A stretch of 64,000 nucleotides of DNA from the human T2T-CHM13v2.0 reference genome, Homo sapiens. Position 1 is the first letter of the stretch, and each line of letters opens with the position of its first letter. Below are positions 55,100 to 64,000 of the stretch, piece after piece. The stretch is taken from the NCBI RefSeq assembly GCF_009914755.1, contig NC_060927.1. One strand, given 5' to 3'. The position numbers and the translations under genes were made by a program. The notes beneath the pieces were generated by a model, which was not told the DNA's origin, made no database searches, and worked only from the letters and a program-made list of their open reading frames with translations.

Positions 55100-55640
55100 C
55101 ACAATTCCTTCCCCCAATTACAAAAGGAATAGTGCAGACGGAAATAGTCTTAAGCATAAAGAAAAAAAATACATGTTAATCTTACCATCCAGAGATAATA
55201 TGCCATTAAAATGTTGTGCATTTTCCCCCATTTCTTTAAGGCCTATATGAAAAGAGAGAGACCTTCCTTAGCTGAGCTCATGCTACAGATAGTCTTCTGT
55301 GGCCTTTCTCCTTAAATACTATATCACAACTATTTTCCCTCATCATTAAAATTTTTTTTTGTAAACCGTATTTTAAGGTTTAACCATTTCCCTATTGTTG
55401 GACATTTAGGTCATCTCTAGTATCATACTACAATAAAAAATGCTGCCATTAACATGCTATTACATAAATTTTTATTCGCCTACCTATCCCTGATTATTTT
55501 ATGACAGGTTCCTAGAAGCAGGATTACTGGAATTGACTCATTACCTATACTGAATAGCGTATGTAGAAGAATACCCATCTCAACACAGACTCACCAGCAT
55601 GATTAGCTCTTTTTAATCTTTTAATAACATTTTATGATAC
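55100..55640 (-). mobile_element. L1ME 3'-end fragment
   Basis: TTTAACCATTTCCCTATTGTTGGACATTTAGGT...TTCCTAGAAGCAGGATTACTGG. Confidence 0.65.
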
Positions 55641-56989
55641 TCTTGAATTACCTTGAACACTAGTGAGGAATAACCGGCACTCGGGTTTTGATAATTTGGC
55701 TTTGGAAGAAAAACAAGTAGGAGAAATGTTCTTTTAAATTTGAAACCAGATGGAATTAGACATTTGCTTGTTAAAAATACATTGTTATTAAATTTAACTG
55801 CAGTTTGTGACACTAACTTGTGGCTGGCAAAATAAATAAAACAGAGGTTTGAACAGCCCAGCTTTATAGAACAGATAAGCAAAAGAGGAGGCATATACCA
55901 ATATTTACTGAGTGGTTCAAAGTAACCTGCTCTTCACATGCAATCCCATATTTGTTCTTTAATCTCGTAAAGTGATGTTATTTCTAATTCTACAGATGGG
56001 AAAACAGAGAGGGTTTGTTATTGGCCCAGATTACTCAGTAGTAGTTGTGTAACCAAGAATTTTGAACCCAAGTTGGCTCTAGAGGAAACACCACTACTCC
56101 AGGCTGTAGTGCAACTAATGGGTGGAAATCAAGGTGACATAGTCTGAAGTCAGCTCTCTTGTACAGGATAGCATAGTCCCATACAATCTTCTTATTTTGC
56201 TAGATTCTTCAGAACTTTCCCAAATAGAACAGGAGGAACACCTCATCTAGAAGTCACCTAAATTACTATCTGCTGAAAATAGCAATGAATTACACAACCT
56301 TGTACATTTGTATGTACTGACTTTCTAAAAATAAAAATAAAAAGTAAATATTAAAAAAAAATCCATCAGAGGATAAATATGTGTTACAGGGGAATTCTAT
56401 TCACAGAAAGCCAAAACAAAAGAAATCCCATAGTTTAGGGTTGTAAGTAGTGTATGAAATCTTTGGTTACTATACAACATGGACATGATTATTTGCAATA
56501 TAACAAAACATACAAAATACTGGCTTATAGGAAATGGAAATTAATTCTCTGAAACAATTCGGTACTGCAATCTGGTACTGCACTCGTGTAATTTAAAGTT
56601 ACATTCAGAAGATGAAAAACATTGATTCCAGTGTTGGGAAAAGAGACTTGTTAATAACGATTTAGGAAGGGACTGAGCAGGAACCCAAGTAAAGAATAGA
56701 ACAGGCGATTGCTGACACTGATTTTAATGCTTTTTACCAACTCTTTTGAAAAACTGGTTAAGAAAAAAGTGGTTATCCATCTTTTTCATCTCTTAATAAA
56801 ATGAGCTGTAGCAAGTTTATCCTCCTATAACATATTCATTCCTAGCTGTGACATGTTAGCAGAAAGACTTTGATAACAAGTGCCTTGGACTTCAGGCTGG
56901 ATCTTGTTTCTTCCTTAGAAATAAAGCCTGCCTCCCTTTCTGCCTTTCTTCTCTCCTTTCTTCAACTGCTTTACATTGAATTACAAAGA

Positions 56990-57890
56990 GAAATATAGAA
57001 TTTTGGTATAAAGCCTAAAATCTTCAATACAATTCATAAGGCTTTTGTGACTTTCAGCTGATCTTTCCAGCCCAAATGGCCACCATTCCCCTCATTTTTG
57101 GTCACCTAGTCACATCAGCCATTTTTCAGGCTCTCAAAGATGCCATCCACCACAGGGCCTTTGCATGTGTGCCTGAAATACTCTCTCCTAACTTCACTCC
57201 TCCCAGCCTGCCTTTGCCAAGGTAACTTCTAACATATTTATCAAGGCTCAGTTTAATCCCTAGCTCAACTTCTCCTTCTTTGGGGAAAATTTCCCTGTTT
57301 CCCCAGATTGGATTGAGCTCCCTATTACAAACTCTTAGAGTACCATGAGTCAGTCCTTCATGTAATTTACCAATTGCACTGTATTAGTCTGTTTTCACAC
57401 TAATAAAGACATATCTACGACTGGGTAATTTATAAAGGAAAGAGGTTTACTTGACTCACAGTTCAGCATAGCTGGAGAAGCCTCAGGAAACTTACAATAA
57501 TGGCAGAAGGGGAAGCAAACACATATTCTTCACATGGTGGCAGCGACGAAAAGTGCAGAGTGAAGCAGGGGGAAAAGCACCTTATAAAACCATCAGATCT
57601 CGTGAGAACTAACTCACTATTATGAGAACAGGATGAGGGTAACCGCCCCCATGAATCAATTATCTCCACCTGGTCTGTCCCACACACGTGGCAATTATGG
57701 GAACTACAATTCAAGATGAGATTTGGGTGGGGACACAGCTGAACCGTATCATGTACTTTCACATTTATTTGTGTGATGATTTGATTGTCTGTTTTTCCCA
57801 CTATCTGGTTAACCTCATGATTAATCTTTTATGTCTAACATAGAACTTGGTGACCATAATATTTTGTGAGTAAAAACAATGGATGAATAG
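56990..57890 (+). mobile_element. L2 split by THE1D
   Basis: CACAGGGCCTTTGCATGTGTGCCTG...; 3' end AATATTTTGTGAG...GGATGAAT. Confidence 0.6.
57380..57751 (-). mobile_element. THE1D solo LTR
   Basis: TGTATTAGTCTGTTTTCACAC...GGGGACACAGCTGAACCGTATCA; TSD TGCAC/TGTAC. Confidence 0.9.
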
Positions 57891-57899
57891 TTGTCCATT

Positions 57900-59075
<1,176 letters not shown>

Positions 59076-60375
59076 AATGAACAAATGAGTAAATTGCCAT
59101 GAATTAAGTTGCATCTTCCAGTGATTGGGAAAACACATCCACAGATAGGAAGCAGGTCTGTCCAAACCAGGGAACAAACTCACGTGTTGGTTGAGGATGC
59201 ATCACCATGCTAAGAGCATGTGATCATCCTTTACCACCTTGCTCAGGTGAAAAGACCTCCCCAAGCTCAGCACAGCTTCATTTCCCCCAGCTGCTGGCCA
59301 GGTAGTCTGATGTCTAGGCTGCTGTTTTGCACAGTTTCTCAAGTGCCATCACTTAAGTTCCCAATTGCTTAACAAATGTCAATGGTCTCTTGCTCTTGCA
59401 GCCCCAGGTCAGAAATCTAAAGGAACCCAAATGCTCTATGTCAAATAACCGTCTTTGATTTTCCTTCATCCCCAAGCTTTACTATAGGAAGTCATGAGTC
59501 AGACTTAGATTCTCAGATTATCTCTTCATGCTTTAATTCTATCAACACTTTAGCGTACTTCCTAGGTGCTGGGCACTGTCCTAGCTACACAGGAAAAATT
59601 TCTTGGTAGTTCCCAGTCTGACTGTCAGGAGCTAGCCTGGAAGACTGCTCCTATTACATCCTGGGAGGTGAGGTGCTATGATTCCAAACTGCCAAACTGC
59701 TGAGCAATCCTAAAACAGTGGAAGCTAAAACTTTCCCCAGCTTCAAGCATGAAGGTAGCCCTTAATGAACAAAGATCCTTTCCCAAAGTTTTCAAGAGGG
59801 TAATTACAAACATGTCAATCATTATTTCATTTATCCATTCTGATGTTTAAAAACCTTTAATTATTGCAACAAGAATTCACGTTCATCCCAGAAAAATTAG
59901 AACAAAAGATTAATAAAATTAAAAACGAATTCTGCAACTTATGGATAATTACTGGGAACACTTTGGTGCACTGCTTTATTTTCACACACACATGAATAAT
60001 TGTACCCATTCATTCCCATTATAAAATAGGCATTCAGTCTGAATCCAAAAAAAGGATAAAGATCCTTGGACACCATCAAAGTCAGGCATTAAGCAGCTCC
60101 CATTTTGCAATCTTTGCTGTTCATGAGATTAACTATATTTTTCATTAAAATGTTCCATAATCAACAACACACTAAATAGTAAGAGAAATACTTTCAAATG
60201 ATCCCACCAAAAAGAAAAGAAACTCTAGCTACTAATCTATTATTGCACAACAAATTGCCTCACCGCCCCCAGACATCACAAAACAAAGCACTGAAAATGG
60301 TATTACCCTCCAAAAGGAGATGTGTTTGCATGCCTGAACACATCATTAAAATTCTCCTCTCTCTCTCTCTCTTTC

Positions 60376-60920
60376 TAGTAATAAGAACACTTAACATGAG
60401 ATCTATCCCCTTAACAAATTTTTCAGGGTACAATGCAGCGTTGTTAACTATGGGCACAACATTGTACAGCTGATCTCTAGAATGTACTCGTTTTGCATGA
60501 CTGAAACTTTATAACCTCAAACAGCTCCCAGGTTTCCTCTCTCACCAGCCCCTGGTAACCACCATTCTACTGTTTCTATGAGTTTGACTATTTTAGATAC
60601 CTTATATAAATGGAATGCCATATCACATGTATTTTGTCCTTTTGTGACTGTTTTACTTCACTTAGCATAATGTCTTGTAGGTTCCTCCCTGTTGTCCCAT
60701 ATGGCAGGATTTCCTTCTTTTTTTTAAAGCTGAATAATATGCCATTGTATGTAGATACCACTTCTTTAACCACGCATCCATGGATGGACATTTAGTTTGC
60801 CTCTACGCCTGGCTATTGTGAATAATACTGAGAGTTCATGTATCTCTTAGGAGTCCTGATTTCAGTTCTTGTGGATATAGATCCAGTAGTGGGGTTGCTG
60901 GATCATACAGTAATTTTAGG
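60376..60920 (-). mobile_element. L1MA9/10-like 3' end
   Basis: AAGAACACTTAACATGAGATCTATCCCCTTAACAAATTTT...CCCCTGGTAACCACCATTCTAC. Confidence 0.85.
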
Positions 60921-61089
60921 AAGCTAGCCCACAAGAGTCAAGACTGAGTCACTAGACTCCCCTCCCTTCTCTACCTCTGAACTGTGCTGGACAATGGGCA
61001 GACAGCTGGGCCAATGAGATCATCTGGCTTGGGAGCACAGTGCTCAATCTGAGAGCTAAGGAGCCACCACGCGGAGCGCAGACCACAGC

Positions 61090-61260
61090 ACAGCATTTTG
61101 AATGGCTGCTTGGGTCTACCTGAGGAGCCTAGAAAAATACAGATACCCAGGACCCACTCCAAGCATAAATGAATCTGAATATCCAAGGGACAGCACTAGA
61201 ATCTGTACTTTACCAACATCCTCGTCAATTCTGAAGTTCTGTCAAATTTGGAAACTTCAG
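61090..61260. mobile_element. MER5-family hAT element
   Basis: AAAAATACAGATACCCAGGACCCACTCC...GAATCTGAAT...AATTCTGA...TTTGGAAAC. Confidence 0.6.
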
Positions 61261-61755
61261 CAAAGGCGGATTTCTGAGTTCCTGACCAGCGGCACCCTCA
61301 GAGCTGCCCTGATTCTCCTTGGATTCCAGGAGACATCTCAACATTCTTCCAGTGACTTTGTGTCTTGTTTACTCGAGCTGGAATTGGATTCTATAATTGC
61401 AGTTGAAAGAACCTTAGCTAATATGGTCCAGAACGTTAGCACCCCGAACACCCGCAGTGTCACAGCCCTCTCTTTGTAATCTGAGCTGTTCTCATGGCTC
61501 ATTTGCCACGCTGGGGAGCATTTTCCCATGTTTGGACGTTATATATGCAAGAAGAGGGGTCCACAAGAACAAGACAACTGGTGTGAGAGTTTCAAATTCT
61601 AAATACTGGGGGACACTGCTCTCTGTAAAATGTATTTCTGACAATTCCATCCACTGTTGACTGCAGGTGCTTGTACTAGTGACAGACAGTGAAAATCATA
61701 GTTTCTCTTTTAGGTTCCTAATGAGCATCTAGTGGGTGCAGGCGTAGTTCTAGGC

Positions 61756-61940
61756 CAGTGCTGTCCAGTAGAAATTTCCACAGTGATGAAAAATCCTATA
61801 GCCATACTATCGTTTTGGGTTTGTGGCTATTGAGCCCTTGAAATCTGGCTAGTTCGACTGAGGAACTGAATGTTTTATTTTAATTAATTTAAATTTAAAT
61901 AGCCACACACAGCTAATGGCTTCTGTATTGGACAGTGCAG
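61756..61940. mobile_element. MER3 hAT element
   Basis: TIRs CAGTGCTGTCCA/TGGACAGTGCAG; 8-bp TSD TTCTAGGC/TTCTAGAT. Confidence 0.85.
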
Positions 61941-61979
61941 TTCTAGATACTGTAATTAATTCAGCAAGGCATGACGCAC

Positions 61980-62100
61980 CAGCCATTTTACAGATGAGGA
62001 AATGGATACCCAGAGAGGGAGAATGACGTACCTAAGGTCATCAAGTGAGAGGGTGAGGATTCAAACCCAAATCCAATCTATGATACAATAACTGCTACAC
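61980..62100 (-). mobile_element. MIR
   Basis: CCATTTTACAGATGAGGAAATGG...GGATTCAAACCCA. Confidence 0.75.
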
Positions 62101-62814
62101 ACAATGTGTGTAACACTTTGATAGGGGACAAAATAAAACTGAACATCCCATCAGCTCTCAGGCATCAACTCTGTTTTAGTTACAAAGCCAAAACAAAAAG
62201 GAAAGCCATGGAGCGGGACACACACTATCAATTCTGCCTAACCATGAAGACGGTCCGGCCAGCGGGCTTGGCTTTCTCCTCCAGCCGTCCTGGCTCGACA
62301 CAGGCCTTGTGGTTGAGCATATTTTATTGCATGCCGAAAACTCCAAGATAGCTCAGCCTCCAAGAACAAAAGTGATTTCAGGGTGAAGAGGGAAGGGGGC
62401 CAGGAAGCTGTCCCTCCCATCTCCTCGGGTGGACACCACGTCTGACAAGCCGCATTCAGGCCTTTAAAATACCGCACCATTGTGGAGAGGGCCCCACTGC
62501 CCCTGGGAAGCGTCCCCAGCTGCCTTCTCTGCTCACTGCGCCCGGGGAAAACTCCGTTTCTAACAGTTACGGTCAGCCATTTAAATCATATTACACTGTA
62601 AGTGGATATACAAATTGTCAGCCCTAATGAAATTTAGGAGGAAACAGTGGGAGAGGTGAAAACACTTAGAACTGGTTTTTTGGTTTTCGAGACTCGAATT
62701 CAAGTGGTTTAAACTGCTCGTTGAAAACGTGCTTGGAGTGTGGTTTTTCTGCCAGCACATGGAGGCCGCCCTGGGAATTCACAGTCAAGTCTTCATTCCT
62801 GGTTCCCCCTAGAA

Positions 62815-62940
62815 TTGCAGCATATATAGACCTTGATCTAGACATTGAGCTCCTCAAGGAGGGAAAGGGTCTTACTTGTTTCTGCACCCAGCAAGAGACC
62901 TGGCACACAGAGGCCCTCGGGAAATGTGGAATGAAAGAAT
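62815..62940 (+). mobile_element. L2 3' end
   Basis: CTAGACATTGAGCTCCTCAAGG...CCTGGCACACAGAGGCCCTC. Confidence 0.6.
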
Positions 62941-63234
62941 AAACCCAGACAGCCCTTGTGCACAGCCTGAATCGTGAAAGTCAGAAGAGGCGCTGGGAAG
63001 GAAAATCCACCTTCATGCCAGAATCCCTCCATTAAAGACTGCTAGGGTGAATGGGAAGATGGGGGTGAGAACTGCCCCCTTTCCGTCTATTGTCTTAGCA
63101 AACACAGGCTCACGAGCCAATGAGCTGAACAGCATATTGTACTAATGAATTGCCTTCCACTAGATAGTTTATCAGGTTTCTCTCTCCAGGGCAGAAGGGG
63201 TTCCAGCAGAAGTGAGGGATTATGGATTAAGATG

Positions 63235-63440
63235 ATAATAATACAATAGCTACCATTTATTGAGTGGTTACATGTGCCTGTCACTGTACAAACCCCTTCC
63301 TCTGTAATCCTCACAAAACCCTCGCACAGTGGAGAGGGTTTGCCCCTTTTCCAGACGAGGAAATGAGAGCTCAGAAAGGTCAAGAAACTTGCCCAGGATT
63401 GTGCAGGTGTTTCTCATTCCAAAGCTCATAGTTTTCCTGC
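63235..63440 (-). mobile_element. MIR
   Basis: ATAGCTACCATTTATTGAG...CAGACGAGGAAATGAGAGCTCAGA...CTTGCCCAGG. Confidence 0.8.
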
Positions 63441-64000
63441 TCCCCGACCCCGTGCCAGATAGAGCACCTGGTAGGGAAGCGGTGAGTATGTGAGTGTGTA
63501 TAGAAGGACATGCCAGAGAGAAGCTGTCCCTACATCATTTGGTATTGCTGGGTCAAAGCAGTGTAGGCCAGATTCCATTTGCATTCATTTTATTCCCATA
63601 TGGCAGGATTTGACGTCCTATTCTCCACCTCGATAGAGCATCAACTTCTTGAGGCATGATGTTGTTTAGCCAGACTCACTCAGGTAACCCCATCTAAACC
63701 ATCATGCACATGTCAAGGAATGAGGCCCAGGGAGGAGAAAGGATTTGCCCAAAGCTACACAGCAAACTGGTGACCAGAGTGGAACCAGAATCCCAACAGT
63801 GGAAGTCCCTTTGGGCCAGTCATGGAGTCTGGGTCCAGGATTCTCCCAGGTGTGGTCATGTACAGGAGGAAATATCCTTGCCTGACACCCACCAGGGCCC
63901 TCCAATGACACAAGAGTGAGGACTTAGAGGAGGAACTCTGAGGTGGCCTCAACTGGAAAAATAGGCCAACTGACTCGGGGTCAGGAATTCAATGTTAGGT

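Noticed and set aside
61102-61479. 125-aa ORF with a helical-looking C-terminal half
   Set aside because: The first half is MER5-derived, and I see no known homology or convincing exon structure.

Overview
This is primate (human-like) non-coding genomic DNA, either deep intronic or intergenic, and roughly half of it is recognisable transposable-element sequence. That includes L1 (L1PA, L1MA/MB/ME), about 15 Alus, many MIR and L2 fragments, MaLR/ERVL solo LTRs (THE1, MLT1, LTR16/33) and hAT/TcMar DNA transposons. I found no protein-coding gene, RNA gene, CRISPR array or CpG island that I can support; the ORF track is explained by L1/Alu/LTR sequence or by chance. Subfamily names come from remembered consensus motifs and need RepeatMasker confirmation. 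The best-supported unusual structures are an L1PA7/8 3' transduction with an 18-bp TSD (7968-8406), a twin-primed 5'-inverted L1PA15-like insertion (4742-6635), a consensus CTCF motif inside a MIR (41162-41175), and a MER113 split by a ~4.8-kb ancient L1. Several minus-strand splice-signal arrangements (microexon or recursive-splice-like) are speculative. I do not see evidence of a genuinely new biological system.
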